Source: Octopus vulgaris
Taxonomy: Eukaryota
Direction: 5' to 3'
NCBI GenBank assembly: GCA_951406725.2
Contig: OX597833.1
Location: forward strand, 7,936,001 to 8,000,000
Length of the DNA stretch: 64,000 nt
Shown: positions 28,439 to 44,270 of the stretch, one piece after another
Layout: each line of letters begins with the position of its first letter
Position numbering within the stretch: position 1 is the stretch's first letter
Made by a program: the position numbers and the translations under genes
The notes under the pieces: model-generated
Databases searched by the model: none
What the model was told of the DNA's origin: nothing
The model's input: only the letters and a program-made list of their open reading frames with translations

Positions 28439-29529
28439 TGTTTTCTACATTTTATAGGTTAATATAGTAATTTTTTTATCAGATAGATTAACTGAGTATC
28501 TTTCAGAAGCTTAAGTAGAATTTTAGTATTATATATTTAACACAACGTATTTTCCTAGATTATATGGTTTAGCATACTATTCTCTATATTATATCGGCTG
28601 TTGTGATATATTCTTTGTTATTTACCTTAAGACAGAGTATCTATTGTTTCCTATGTCATTAAAGGCTAAAATTATAGTGACATAGCCAAAATGTGTACCC
28701 CCAGTTCGATTCTTGGTTTTGTCCCCCCCCTCTTATAGGCTAATACAGCAGACTCATGATTGCCGCTCTGATAAAAGCGTCGTCCTCAGGGTGGAGCGGG
28801 GGTGAACCACCCTCATCCCCGCCCTTAGTTATGCTAGTGACTATTCTGCTAGTGTTTATTCTTTGGAAAATTTAGATAAATATTTAAATTTTAAAAAATA
28901 ATGAGTGAAGTTGGTGGCGTCATTAGAATTTATAAACTTGGAGAGGACATGAAATAATTCTTTTTTGGAATGGTGGATCTCGTAACATATAAGTTATAAA
29001 AGATAGCGTCTGAATATGGGGTTGAAAACCCCTTTTTCATAGAAAAAGTCGCAGGCTACCCGTGGGTCTCGTATCCACATCTCCAGTAAACATGGCAGGA
29101 TATCTTCTCACAAAATTTAAAGATTCTTAGGACGGCAACAACATCCAAGTCTCACTCGTAAGAATAATGTTTCTAAAACAGTCAGAGAAATCCGAAATAT
29201 TGCTTTGGTCCAATGGTTGAATATCTGTCATGTCTGTAAGAGATATAGGCTCGTGTCTTGTGTATAACCTTCGAGTTTTCCTGTGCAAAACAGGTTTTTA
29301 AGCTAAAATTTATTATTTATAACTTTATTTTCTTCGAGATTCACAATTCTAAAATAAAACTATTTAATGAGCGAAGTATTTCTGTACAATCAGAGAAATA
29401 ATAGAAAGAAGTTGAAGACTTTGTTTCAAATGTGTTAATTAACTGAAACAAATAACAAGATAATTAAAACATGGCAATTTTCAATCGGTGAGGTGTTAAT
29501 ATAAGATACCTGTTCAATAAATTATTATT

Positions 29530-29750
29530 CTTTTCTACTCTAGGTACAAGGCCCGAGAACTTGGGGGAATTAGATCGACCCAGTATGCAACTGGTATTTA
29601 ATTTTTCGACCCCGAAAGGATGAAAGACAAAGTCGACCTCGGCGGAATTTGAACTCAGAACGTAGCGGCAGACGAAATACCTATTTCTTTACTACCCACA
29701 CCGCTAAGCATTTCGCCCGGCATGTTAACGTTTCTGCCAGCTCACCGCCA
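29530..29750 (-). mobile_element. SINE family M copy
   Basis: CGACCCCGAAAGGATGAAAG..GTCGACCTCGGCGGAATTTGAACTC..CTGCCAGCTCACCGCC. Confidence 0.85.
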
Positions 29751-30638
29751 TCCGATATAATATTATTATTATTATTATTAGATATTAGAAAAATAGTCGA
29801 TCAACAGCCATGAGGTATGTCTCGAGGTGTGGGGAGAAGTATGCCTAAGGAACGGCACACTTGTTAAATGAAGCAACAATAATATAACATCAATGACAAG
29901 AAGAAGAAAGAGCACGTGAGAAGGCTATTTTATGTAAGACGATAGGTGAATATGTCGTAGGCAAGATATCAAACTATTCGTAGATCCCAAAGTGAATCAA
30001 ATATCCGGGAGATGTGAAAGCAATGAAACAAAACACGAGTGGTAACCGTAATTTCCTGCACATTTTCAGTGTATTCCTGTTGAATTCTGATGGAATTCAC
30101 AGAGGAGAAAGATGTATCGGTTTTCGTTATCAAAAATATCAAATGGCGGCGTTCCATGAAGTATCGTCTGCTCACTGAAATGTTTCTGGCGACAAATGGA
30201 TAGAAGAAAAACGAGAAAATATTTCAATAAAAATTAAATGTGGATGGATAGATGAAATAATGTGTACATCAGTGGTGAGCTTTTGTGATTTGACAGGTTC
30301 GGATGGAGAGGAGTGAGTTCAAACTCCGATAATTTGTAAAAATATTTTTTAAAAATAGTAAACGATTTTCAATTATTTCAGTCTAATGTGTCGACCCAAG
30401 ACTAAGTAAAAAAAACCAAAAAAGCAAACAAAAAACCAGCGTGGAAGACACCACATCACGGGATCGAAAGCGGAATATAATGAATGCAACTCCCGAACCA
30501 CTGAGCCAAGTGGAACAGGATTAGCAAGCGAATCATTAGTCCGTTAGACATTTCTTTTTTCTCTTTACGTCATCAGCAATATTTTAAATTAACCAAAATA
30601 TTTGAAGGACAACTGATTATATATATATATACATATAC

Positions 30639-30716
<78 letters not shown>

Positions 30717-30766
30717 TATTCACACACACATACATTCATACGAACACACAAATATATATACATATG

Positions 30767-30922
<156 letters not shown>

Positions 30923-30972
30923 GTACACACACACTCATATGTATGTATATATAATCATCGTCGTTGTTGTTG

Positions 30973-31012
<40 letters not shown>

Positions 31013-31400
31013 TGCTGATTAGAACGATTGATACAACAAACAAGATAAAAGAATAAAAGGATTCAATTGTTGTTGTTGTTGTCGTTCGGAGAGAAAATTA
31101 AATTCATTCCCGGCTTTGTTGTCACACGTCCTCACGTTTCGCTCTAACGATCTTCTCAAAACAAGAATCATTGTTTTTGGTAAATTCTTGGAAGCGAAAC
31201 ATAAGTACGAGTGTCAACAAAGATGTTAATGAATTTATATACGCATACATACATTCCTGTATATGTACATATGTCTTTCTACGTGTGTATGTGTGTATTT
31301 GTATTATGTATATATGTACACACACACACACACACACACACACATATGGTATCTTACATAAATAGATTTCTGTATGCATATGTAAGTATGTATATGTTTG

Positions 31401-31467
<67 letters not shown>

Positions 31468-31537
31468 ATGTATGTATGTATGAATATATAATTATGTATA
31501 TATATATGTATGTATATCTATATACATATATATATGT

Positions 31538-31586
<49 letters not shown>

Positions 31587-31872
31587 GGCATATATATAAT
31601 TATATATATATACATATATATATTCACCTTTTATTTTCCCTTTTTTTAACTCTCTCTCTCTCTCTCTTTCTTTCTCTCTCTCCCTCTCTCTCCCTCTCTC
31701 TCTCTCTCCCTCTCTCTCTCTCCCTCTCTCTCTCTCTCTCTCAATCGTGTGATGTTTTTCTTTTTTCTTTCTTATTTGGATTTTTTTACTTATAAGGCTT
31801 TGAACAAAATAAAAACAACTACATCCACAAGAACACACATATATTCGACGTATGAATATATTTCAATAGATA

Positions 31873-31952
<80 letters not shown>

Positions 31953-32239
31953 TATGTGTGTGTGTGTACATATATATATATATATATATGGACAGATACA
32001 CTGAAATGCATGTATGTATGTGTGCGTGTATGTATGTATGTATGTATACATGTATTTGCGTATGTATATATGTATGTATGTACGTGCGTATGTATGTACG
32101 TTTGTATAATAGTAAACGTTATTGTACCTATGTATATTCTTCTGGTTTTCTTTAGTTTATCACCAATCGAGAAGGTTCTTTGATTGCCACTTAGTCAGCA
32201 ATTAGAATAATTCTATGTGTATGATTGCTTTATATATAT

Positions 32240-32510
32240 AGAGAGAGAGTTGTGTCTGGGGAGGGTCATTCTCTTTTAGTCCCTAATCATTTGACACACG
32301 CACCGATAAATTTTCCACTCATTCACTTATTTATTTTTCCTAAAATTTCCGTTGCATTTTGCAACCTTTTCAATGGTCAAGAAAAATAAAGAAGTAAATG
32401 AGTGGAAACTTTACCGGTGAGTGTGTTAAATGATTAGGGACTAAAAGAGAATGACTCCCCAGACACAACAAAATATGCTTCAACACACGAACTCACATAA
32501 AGAATCTTGC
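32240..32510. mobile_element. Foldback element (~95 bp imperfect inverted arms) with a hammerhead-like spacer; related to 53996-54275
   Basis: Arms ~32240-32340 and ~32379-32469; spacer on the minus strand TTGAAAAG GTTGCA aaa TGCAAC GGAAA. Confidence 0.7.
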
Positions 32511-32524
32511 ATATATAACTGTCA

Positions 32525-32815
32525 TCATCCTGGAGCACCACGTTGAGGGGTTTTAATAGAATAAGTCGACTTCAGGACTTATTTTTTAAGCCTAGTACTT
32601 ATTCTATCAGACCCTTTTACACACACACATAGGTGTATATAAATATATATGCGATGAGCTTCTTTCAGCTTCCGTCTACCAAATACATTCAAAAGGCTTT
32701 GGTGGGCCAGAGGCTATAGTAGAAGACACTTGCCCAAGGTGCTACGCAATGGGACTGAACCCGGACCCATGTTGTTGGAAAGCAAGCTTCTTACCACACT
32801 GTCATACCTGTGCCT
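32525..32815 (-). mobile_element. SINE family C, diverged and internally deleted
   Basis: GAAGACACTTGCCCAAGGTG...GGGACTGAACCCGG. Confidence 0.8.
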
Positions 32816-32824
32816 ATATATACG

Positions 32825-32896
<72 letters not shown>

Positions 32897-33030
32897 TGTA
32901 TGCGCATATCTATACATATAAATATATATGCATATATGCATTCATATACGAAGACGTACATTCATACATATACATATGTTTATACGCACATATTTGTATA
33001 TATATATGTATATATATAAATGTATGTATG

Positions 33031-33591
33031 TCATTATTCAGTTTATTTCAAGATTCCTTGCCAATGGAGAAAGAGCCGGTTTCTAACTTAGGTCCAAGAT
33101 TCCTTCATTGGAATTTCAACATCAACAACACGGTATTTTTGTTTGTATGTATGTATGTATGTATGTATGTATGTATGTATGTACGTATGTATGTATGTAT
33201 GTATGTATGTATGTATGTATGTATGTATGTATGTATGTATGTATGTATGTATGTATGTATGTATGTATGTATGTATGTATGTATGTTTTGTATGCTTTCT
33301 TTTATATATGTCTTCTCATGCATATACTTACATATCTACACACGCTCATATATATTTAAATGATTAATTTCTGGAAAGTTTTACAGATTTTTACAGTTCC
33401 GGTGATGGATTGGATCTGTAGTCTTCGAATCAGTTTTCTCCTTTCTGGTTTTGAGAAGCCTAATTTCTCAAGGTTGGTACTTAAGCAGTGTGTTACCTGT
33501 CTCAGGGCCTCAATAATTACATGCATAAACCTGAACTTGTAATCTGGATAGAGTAACTGCAGATTTCTCAATAGTTCAGTGTAGGCATTCT
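33031..33591 (-). mobile_element. 5'-truncated R4-type RLE LINE, (TACA)n-associated family
   Basis: [17 protein letters not shown]...LEKLGFSKPERRKLIRRLQIQSITGTVKICKTFQKLII*; 3' UTR with internal (TACA)n ending AAATAAACTGAATAATGA then CATACATAC; close match to 45697-46106. Confidence 0.85.
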
Positions 33592-33879
33592 ACGTTGTGT
33601 ATCTATGTACATATTAGCATACACGTATACATACATGTATACATATATACATATATATATGCATATGTAGTTACACGTAGGTGTATGTGAGTGTTTAATG
33701 TCTATATAAGTATATATAACATATACATAATATAATATATATATATATATATATATAATTACTCACACACACACACATACAAATCTAGAAATTGGGCGTC
33801 ACAGCTTTCTCATTATTTCGTCCAAATTTTTCCTCTCTCCTTTCATCTTTAACCTGATATTAACAGCACAAGCGTCAGA

Positions 33880-35560
33880 CCGACGTTCTAAAACGACTTA
33901 CATATTTTAAACCTCCATTAATGGTCTGTTATTGTAATTTCCTAATTAGTCTTCAGGTTTCTGAATTTCTCGACATTTAAACTGTCGCACTTAGTTTCAT
34001 AACAAAGTACAGCCAATAATCACAGGTTTCAATCCAAAATTATATATTGAGTTTGTGCAAATTTCTCATTATTTCACCATAAATGCTTAATTTTTCTTTT
34101 ATCTTGAACATTCTGTATAACGCTGGACTAAACTGATTGCTGCAGCGACTGGTCAGAATTGCGTCTACGTTACCTAACGTAATGTCTGGACTGATGTACT
34201 AAGAAGAAACGGTATTCTCTCTCACTTGACAGATCAATATAGGAAGTTACAAACGATAGTAACATCCGATATTTTGATCTTGAAGACTATCCCTTCCAGG
34301 AATTACATTGTATATGGTTTGGGGCCACTACATCATGTCTTATAAATGGATAATATAAATGGATGATATTTTCAGACAAGTGTTTATAACATGGTTTACC
34401 ATTCTCGATTTTGATTCTTCCCATTCTGCATCGACAGTCACGTGTTTTATTGCATCTTTATTCCTTTGATCTTCAGCCAGTCTTCTGTTCACTTCCTGTT
34501 CCCGGATTACAAGAACATATCCTCCAAAACAGAGTTCATGTTTGTGTAATTGGGTTCAGAGCAAACGATATTTGTCAAGTATTTTGATTTACGTACCGAA
34601 GTTTTCTAACAACTAAAATATGAATGACTTGTGCTGCTCCACAATTGTTTTACGAACGAAGAGATCTGACGACCATATTTTTCCATCCAGTCGCAATATT
34701 CCCTGGTTACGCGTTCCTTGTTCAAAATTGTTATCTCAGGATGTGTTTCTCCATTCTTAGTTACTTGTAGCTTTCCTCGCAGACATCAGAGAAATAGTCA
34801 AGTCATTAATAAAGGTGTTAACAAGAGCACCGAGAGAGAAAATACACCACGAGGGGGGTATTCTACATGTTAGGGTGTTACACATGTTAGGGTGTTACAC
34901 ATGGTAGGGTGTTACACATGTGATATGGAGGAAATTCTGATTAACTCGGACGTTCCTTACAATGAAAAGACAAAAAAATTTCCTTTCGCGGTACTTAACA
35001 TTTTGAAATAAACAAGGGACAGAACTCCCATGATATCAAATAATTCAAATTTCAATTGGTTAATATCTCTGGGGTGGACTCCTTTTCTTTCTGTTTTTAG
35101 GTTTTAATCACATCTAGAGTTTTTGTCTGCTAATTGCAATGATAGTTTCAATTAATCGGATTTGAAAGCAGTGGTGGCGGGGGGAGCTTTTCGTAACTCA
35201 CTATATTACGTAAGTGAAACTCTACCCTCGACAGAGATGTTGCCGGGCTGGTTTGGAGTAATCGTTCGTTTAACAATCAAATACAAACATCTATCTTGAT
35301 CAAATTCCATTCCTATTTCCTTTGAGAATGTCTTAACCAGGTCGCGGTTCTTCATACCATTTATATGTTTGGCATCAACCCTAAAGTCGACCACGAGGAA
35401 TTTGTGTCAGGGTGGTCTTTCTGTCTTCCTGTAAACCAATCACGTACCTTTCAGATTTCCTACACAAAACAGAAAAACTGTTCATCGCTAGTGTAGCTAT
35501 CATTGCAGCGAGGACGTGTGAAGTATACTGAAATATACTCCACGAAGAAGAATGAAGAAC
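33880..35560 (-). mobile_element. Old, heavily decayed R4-type LINE (RT C-terminus, zinc knuckle, RLE), interrupted at ~34800-35200
   Basis: Frame-broken motifs in the expected order: LVKTFSKEIGMEFDQDRC, EESYK*L, NKERVTREY..IWSSDL, CRCRM...VNHVINTC...RHDVVA, PDI, IYGEIMRNL..PVIIG..LIRKLQ..CKSF. Confidence 0.75.
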
Positions 35561-36935
35561 GATGGGAGATAATTTTGAAAGAGAGCTAACAAAGGCAAGT
35601 GGTAGTCTGCTACAAAGATGCATGCGTACTCGCTTTCAGAGTTATCAAATTTGTGGGGAAGGAGGTCTCCGTAAAAGAAGAAAAACGGCCGAAAATAACC
35701 AAAATAACCAAAAATATTACAGGAAAAACCAAAAATAGGCATTTATTAAAAATATTACTGGAGCAAAGTCAGCTTGCCTCAATTAATACTGAAGTGGAGT
35801 AGGTGATTAAAAAAAATCACCAGAATTTAGAATTGCGAATATAAATCTGTGTTCTTCTCTGGGGAATCTCCATTATAAGAAATCCAAGGTTTTGAGGGCA
35901 GTTTTCTTCAAAAGCTGACTTCACAACACTCAAAAAATATCAAATACACTTTATTTTTCGCAGTTTAGCGATACCCACCACCTTATTTGTAGTTCATAAT
36001 GAATTTTTTACTTCCTGCCGCAAAAACGATGCCATTTCGTGCAAAACCAGTCCAAGTTTTCTAAATACATTTGATAATCACTTAATATCTTGAACAACTC
36101 ATCAAAAATAACTTTTCTCGCAGATGAAGCAAGAATTACGCATAAAACAGTCGTGTTGATGGCGACGTTATCATCCTTTTTCTTGTGGCTTCATTATCTT
36201 CCCTTTCACACAAAAATCTCACCACTAAATAAGCGCTTCTAATTGCAATATCTATTAATTAACAATTAAGTACCACAAACTTCCTTACTTGCACACATTC
36301 CTTCAAATCTCAGTCGAGAACTAAACACGCCATATTTTTTTTTTAATTCTTTGAGAGCAATATTTCCCTCAATGTAATTTTATACCACTAAAAACCACTA
36401 TTTCCCCATGAGCTTTTAAAACTCCGTTCACAAGATCAATAAATGTCATTAAAAAAATTATAAATAATTACTTCTGCCAAATTAATTCTAACCATTTTCA
36501 TCATGGCATTGCATTCATAATTTTACTAAATTACAAATTAAGATTAATTGCTTTGATTTAAATTAAGATTTGTGCTTAGGAAATATTTCAAGCTTTACAT
36601 TTAATTGTGTGTCCGCGATAGTTTAGTTTCTGCTAAACTTTGTAGCCACAGACTTTATAAGTAAATTTCTTCGTAGTTTTTCAAGGTTCTTTCAAAACAA
36701 GAATACTTTTTCACCAATTCCTCTCTTTGTATTTATTTTTATTCATTTTAACACTTGCACATTTATTTCTGTGCGTGCAGCGGGGACATCAGAAAAGAAA
36801 ATACCAAAACATCAAAAATATGAATGTGACGATTGTCACTTGAAGACTTCCGATTCGATCGACTGATAGCGAATAGCAAAAGAGTCACCAAATTTAAATG
36901 TAATACATACGCATACACTCATATATGTATATATA

Positions 36936-37090
<155 letters not shown>

Positions 37091-37893
37091 CATGCAATAT
37101 ATTAATATATGGAAAGCGAGAGAGTAGAAGATAGAAAGATCGATATTGTTATAGATATAGCTAAACAACACATGTATATTCATATACACGTGTGTGTGTG
37201 TGTGTATGTGTGTGTGTGTGTGTGTGTTTGATATTTGTTACATGATTTGTTACATGACGACATTCCGTCCCCCGACAGACTACAGCTAATTACAAAACCA
37301 GTTTTACCCTTAAGTAAATATCCGATCTAAATCCCATTTCAGCCCAGGAACAATGAAAAATAAACTAGTAACTTGCACTAACCTAAACAAATGACAAATC
37401 AAGCAGGACAGTGAAAACGACCTGAGACATTAAAGAGAGAAGGAAAACCAGATGTAGTATAAGAGAACAACTTCCCTCGTCAGCGGCCAATCAAATTTCA
37501 ACCTGATTTCGATATCTTAAGACAGTATCACTACTTTCGATGGTGTCAAACATCATTAAAAGATATAGTTTAATGTTGTTTGGGGAATAGATAAAAATGA
37601 ATGTTCGTAACAGAAGTACAAATACACATTCACATGCATAAATATATATAGACACACACACACACATATACCAGCACGTACATATATCTACAAGCATATA
37701 TATATATGAGGGTGTATGTATGCATGTATATCAGTAAATCCAATTTTTTTTTAGAAATACAAACAAAGCAAATTGGAATGGATTAAAGGGAACCGGTGAA
37801 AGCAACGAACGTGTTTAGTACAACACGATGTCATCAGTGATGCATGGACTCTTCGGTTCACTAGATTCAGAAGTATCCGCATGATATATATAT

Positions 37894-38031
<138 letters not shown>

Positions 38032-38052
38032 GTGTGTGTGTTGTGTGTGTAC

Positions 38053-38114
<62 letters not shown>

Positions 38115-38641
38115 TGGAAACTTGGGTGCATAGGTATATAAATGTATATGTAAAAAACATTCATTTAGAGAAAAAAACTACGGAAATGTCTGAATGTGTA
38201 TTCGTTTCTGTGAGCGCAACATGTAAAGAATATCTTTTAAAAAGCTGTTTGCGTGGAATGGGGTATAAATAAACAGATACACGCATACGTACCCTTATAT
38301 TTGCATACAGTAGGGTGTGTAGATAAAAGAAGCTATCAAACATACATAAAAAGATAAGCAAATAAGTATATAAAGAGAAAGATAAAAGCAACGAAGATGT
38401 AAGTAAACACTCTCAACGAAATGCAAATGGCCACGCGTGGGTGTATATATATATATGTATGTATGTATGTATATATATGCATGCACTCAAGTATGTATAT
38501 GTAAGCGTGTATATGTGTATGTTTGTATGTAAGTACAGAATGCAAATGCACGTTTGGTGTATTGTAATTCCTTGTATTTTTAGTTCTGAAGCGCCGACAT
38601 GTTTCAGGACAACTGTGTGTGTACATCAATGCATGTGTACT

Positions 38642-38717
<76 letters not shown>

Positions 38718-38724
38718 TGCGTTG

Positions 38725-38788
<64 letters not shown>

Positions 38789-38964
38789 AGGTGTGTGTGT
38801 GTTTGTGTGTGTATACATACATATAGAATGATGGATACAAAATCATGTATTATGGAGGCATCTATCTATTTATGGGTGTTAGCCACATGCACGCATTCGC
38901 ACGCACACACGCATGCAACTAAACACCCATACACATATATGTATATATTTATAATGTGCGTGTG

Positions 38965-39013
<49 letters not shown>

Positions 39014-39073
39014 TCTTGCGTATGTATATGTGTGTGTATGCGTATGTGCCTCTATACATACATACACATATGC

Positions 39074-39111
<38 letters not shown>

Positions 39112-39269
39112 CATATTATATATATACATATTATGTATACATGTATATACAAATAGATGTGTGCGTATGTATATATATATGTATGTATGTATGTGTATAT
39201 ATATGTATGTACATATATATGTACGTATATATATTAGTATGTATGTGTGTGTATGTATGTATGTATGTA

Positions 39270-39303
<34 letters not shown>

Positions 39304-40032
39304 CATACATACATACATACGTACGTACATACATACATACATACACACACACATACATACATAAATACATACATACATACATACATACATACATACATGT
39401 GCGTGTGTATGGGTGTGCTTACTTTCACCTTATGATCTTCTCTCTCTCTCTCTCTATACGTGTGTCCCTCTATATTTCTGCTTCTATGTTCCTGTAACTC
39501 TTTACATGTTGATGTATAAATAAACATTTGCACTTAGGTAAATGTTTACGCCTCTATACAAAAGCCTTTCTCTTTCTCCATACATATCTATTCATTTATG
39601 GATTTATTTTATTATTATTATTGTTGTTGTTGTTATTTTCATTTCATTGTATATATTTATTTGTATGTAGATGTAGCTTCGATCGTTTAGCTTTGTACAC
39701 ACCCTGATATATGCAAATATACGGGTAGATATGCTTTTGTCAGATCATTTATACCCCATTCCCGACAAACATTATTGGGTTTTTCTCCAGATATTTATGA
39801 ACTTCTATACAATTTTATCTACCTCATTCCATATGCATTTACATTCATATATATGTGTGTATGTTTGTGCATATATATATGTATAAATATATATTTATGT
39901 ATGTGCGTGTATATATATATATAGGTATGTATATATATATATATATTATATATATATATATATACCTATTTATATTTATGTGTGTACGTGTATATATATA
40001 GGTATGTATGTGTATAAATAAAGTATATATAT

Positions 40033-40111
<79 letters not shown>

Positions 40112-40589
40112 CCTGTGTGTGAGTGTGCGTATACATATACACGTCTATATTTATACACATATATATGGATGTATATGTGTGTATGTATATATATATATGT
40201 TTATGTATGTGTGCGCGCGAACACTGTCTTCGTTCGTTCATTAATCCAGAACAATTTAAAAACATCAAATACAACCAAATGGCGTCACGTACTGAGTTTT
40301 TTAACCGACGTCAACGGAGACACGACTTGAGTATGGGCGTGTAGGCGTACATACACACAGACTTATCATTCTCTCACACAGCCGCCTACTTTTGTTTGCT
40401 GTCTCTGGCAATTACCTCCCATATTTCTCCACTCTTCTATGTTTTATAAACATAAAATGTCCCCTAATTACTTCCGGCGTCCAGCCTGTCCCCATCTTAA
40501 CTTTTCTCTCCTCTGTTCCTCACAATTTCTCTTGCACTACAGAACTGCACAACCATCTGTTTCATACGAACTTTCAGTTCAACTCTCTC

Positions 40590-40732
40590 ATTTTCAGTTT
40601 CCGTCTACCAAATCCACTCACAAGGCTTTGGTCGGCCCGGGGCTATAGTAGAAGACATTTGCCCAAGGGCAGTGGGGCTGAACCCGAACCATATGGTTGG
40701 TAAGCAAGCCACTTACCACACAGCCACTCCTA
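40590..40732 (-). mobile_element. SINE family C, 5' fragment
   Basis: TTTCAGTTTCCGTCTACCAAATCCACTCACAAGGCTTTGG...CACACAGCCACTCCT. Confidence 0.85.
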
Positions 40733-40740
40733 TGTGTATG

Positions 40741-40830
<90 letters not shown>

Positions 40831-40849
40831 CAACCTATTTAGTAGACAT

Positions 40850-41900
40850 ACAATCGTGACAAATTTACCAATTCCTTTGTAGATTGAAGGAATGGTGAAC
40901 CGCTTTGACCGATTTCGACTCATCTTAAGGTCTACTGAGAAGTTCTTCTACCACTCGACCAATTCCTAAGAAACAAGCAGACATTCTATCTATTTACGCA
41001 TCAAATCTAGGTGTTACAGGGAACTGGGGCTTCTACTTTGCATATCATTGGGGTTTAAGACTTTATTTGATATCAACGTCTGAAGTAGAGTAAATCTAAC
41101 AACGAGTTACTGAAGAGAACTGAGGATGAGCAGGACGGTGCGTAGAACAAACGAACCAGGACTTGAGGAAACCGGAACAGGGACGACGGAAGGTTTGGTG
41201 TCAGGAAAAGAAAGCTGCTGTATTTCGGACGTCATCAGGGCCCAGAACCTCACCACCCCATCACCACCTCCCATCCTAGAGGAAAGAGTCAGTGGGAAAT
41301 GGCTGTAACTACATCAAGGAATGTACTAGAAGGTTTCCGGTTGAATGCACAACCATGGCTAAAAGCAGGAATCGATGGAGAGAAATGGGGCACGTGTCCA
41401 CGGTCCCTTGACTCTCAATAATGACGATGAGAATAGGCAAGGTAAGACTATGGTGCAGTGATGTGGTTTGTTGGATATAAAGATGGAGATTATTTTCCAG
41501 GTCTTTCTCAAGTCTCTCAACCTGTTCCCCTCTATCTACCACCATGAAGTTGTCATCAACATGTTTGGTGTAGACAAACCGGTTATTGGTAGGAATGAAT
41601 TTGTTTTTCAAGTTACTCGTGTATAATGCAGCAAACGTTGGGTCAAATGGAGAACCCATATCGAGTCCGTCTAACTGGATGTATAGATTACAGCGGAGAC
41701 AGTTTAAAGAAACTTGTGTTAGGTAAATCAACTGAAATATTTACAGGATGTTTCTTGCTACAGAAGGTGGTTATGGTATGGTCTGTAAAAATGTTATCCA
41801 AAATTCTGTTTATAGTTTCCGTTGCTGGAACGTTGATGTAAATACTTTTGACATCCGTGGTAGAAAGTTTAGGTCGAGTCTGACTCGTATTTCTGCGTGA
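40850..41900 (-). mobile_element. Decayed Penelope-like element (RT; possible GIY-YIG remnant)
   Basis: TTDVKSIYINVPATETINRILDNIF and YIQLDGLDMGSPFDPTFA..YTKHVDDNF match PLE RT motifs (DVxSLFTNVP, QxxGxxMGSP, RYVDD). Confidence 0.8.
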
Positions 41901-42339
41901 CGTCATCGAGGAATTTCTTTTCTTGTTTCGGCATTTCGATGCATGTGTTATTCATTTGGGAGATTATGGGACAGAGGGAGCGAGAGACAGACAAACAGAC
42001 AGACGGACAGAGTTGTTAGGCGGGTGTATTTAACCGTACAATGAATGAACGCAGACGATTTTATCAGTTTCCCACAGTTTTCCCACGATCTTTTGTGATC
42101 TGCTTCAAAACGCCGCGACCGATCCATTGCAACAGTTTACTACGTCATTCGCCATTCTTAGACCAGCAAAGACGGCATTCGACACGAATAATGGTCGTAG
42201 GAAGGTTCATGGCTCCGCTCTAAACATAAAGGACAACGAGGAAATGTGGACGGATACTTTAAGAGGAGCCTTAAAGTCAAAGGCTGTCGTGTTTTTAATG
42301 AAATATGGCTGAAGGAAATGCTGGTCCCTCTTTATACAA

Positions 42340-42374
<35 letters not shown>

Positions 42375-42389
42375 TGTGTGTGTGTTGTG

Positions 42390-42471
<82 letters not shown>

Positions 42472-42992
42472 TGTGTGTGTATGCGTTTGTGTGTGTGTGT
42501 TTGCGTGTGTTTGTGTAGACACATGCCGATATACATAAATACACAGAGACACACACAGAGAAAAGTAGATAAACAGATAAACAGGAGTGAGAGACAGAAA
42601 GACAGACAGATAGACAGACAGGCTGACAGATAGATAAATAGAAAATAGAGGGAGAGACAGACACACACATACACACACATGCATACATACATGCACACAC
42701 GCACACATCCACACTCACTCACACACCCATTGCCTCACACATTCACACATTGATTTCGTCACTTCTTGGGGCGTGTGCAGTTAACATATGTGTCACATAC
42801 GCTTATATATATATGTGTGTATGTATTCGGATGTGTATATGTATGCATGCGTGCATGTAAATATATGTATATGTGTGCGTGTGTTTCTATGTTCATATGT
42901 ATGTGTGTAAGTGTGGGCGTATATATATATATATATTTATATATATTATATATATACATATAATATATGTATATATTATATATATACATATA

Positions 42993-43025
<33 letters not shown>

Positions 43026-43055
43026 GTGTGTGTGTATATATATATATATATATGT

Positions 43056-43132
<77 letters not shown>

Positions 43133-43139
43133 ATATATG

Positions 43140-43222
<83 letters not shown>

Positions 43223-43264
43223 ATGCATATATATATATATATATGTGTGTATATATATATATAT

Positions 43265-43362
<98 letters not shown>

Positions 43363-43646
43363 ATGTGTGTGTGTGTATATATATATACACACATATATAT
43401 ATATATATATATAAAGATATGTGTACATATATAAATAAACATTCGCCGCAAGAGGGAGATAACTGTAACGATTATTTAAACATCCGTCACGAAGAAAGAG
43501 GAAAATGGATTTTTGATTTTCGAGAAAAAATTTTTCATTTCATCTTTTTTGCAGTCATAGTTTTCTCATCTAGCAGTGACAGTGTGCGCATGTGCGTGCG
43601 TGTGTGTGCATGTGCGTGCGTGCGTGCGTGTGTGTGTGCGTGCGTG

Positions 43647-43680
<34 letters not shown>

Positions 43681-43823
43681 ATGCTTCCGGCTTCTGCAAT
43701 TTGCAACCACCATTATCACGTCCTTGTGTGTAAGAGGTCAGCTAAGGTGTGGATAAGTCGATCGCAACATATATACGTATATACATATATACGTATATTT
43801 ATGTATATGTATATGTATATATA

Positions 43824-43929
<106 letters not shown>

Positions 43930-43930
43930 A

Positions 43931-44023
<93 letters not shown>

Positions 44024-44081
44024 GTGTACAGTTGTGGAAATCACACACAGCCATATTCATTATATCAATCTATATATGGAC

Positions 44082-44156
<75 letters not shown>

Positions 44157-44220
44157 GATGTATGTATATATATATATATGTTATATATTTATACAATATA
44201 TAGATATGTAAATATATGTG

Positions 44221-44270
<50 letters not shown>

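Noticed and set aside
28760-28840. GC-rich segment resembling a hAT terminal repeat
   Set aside because: No matching second terminus or transposase evidence found
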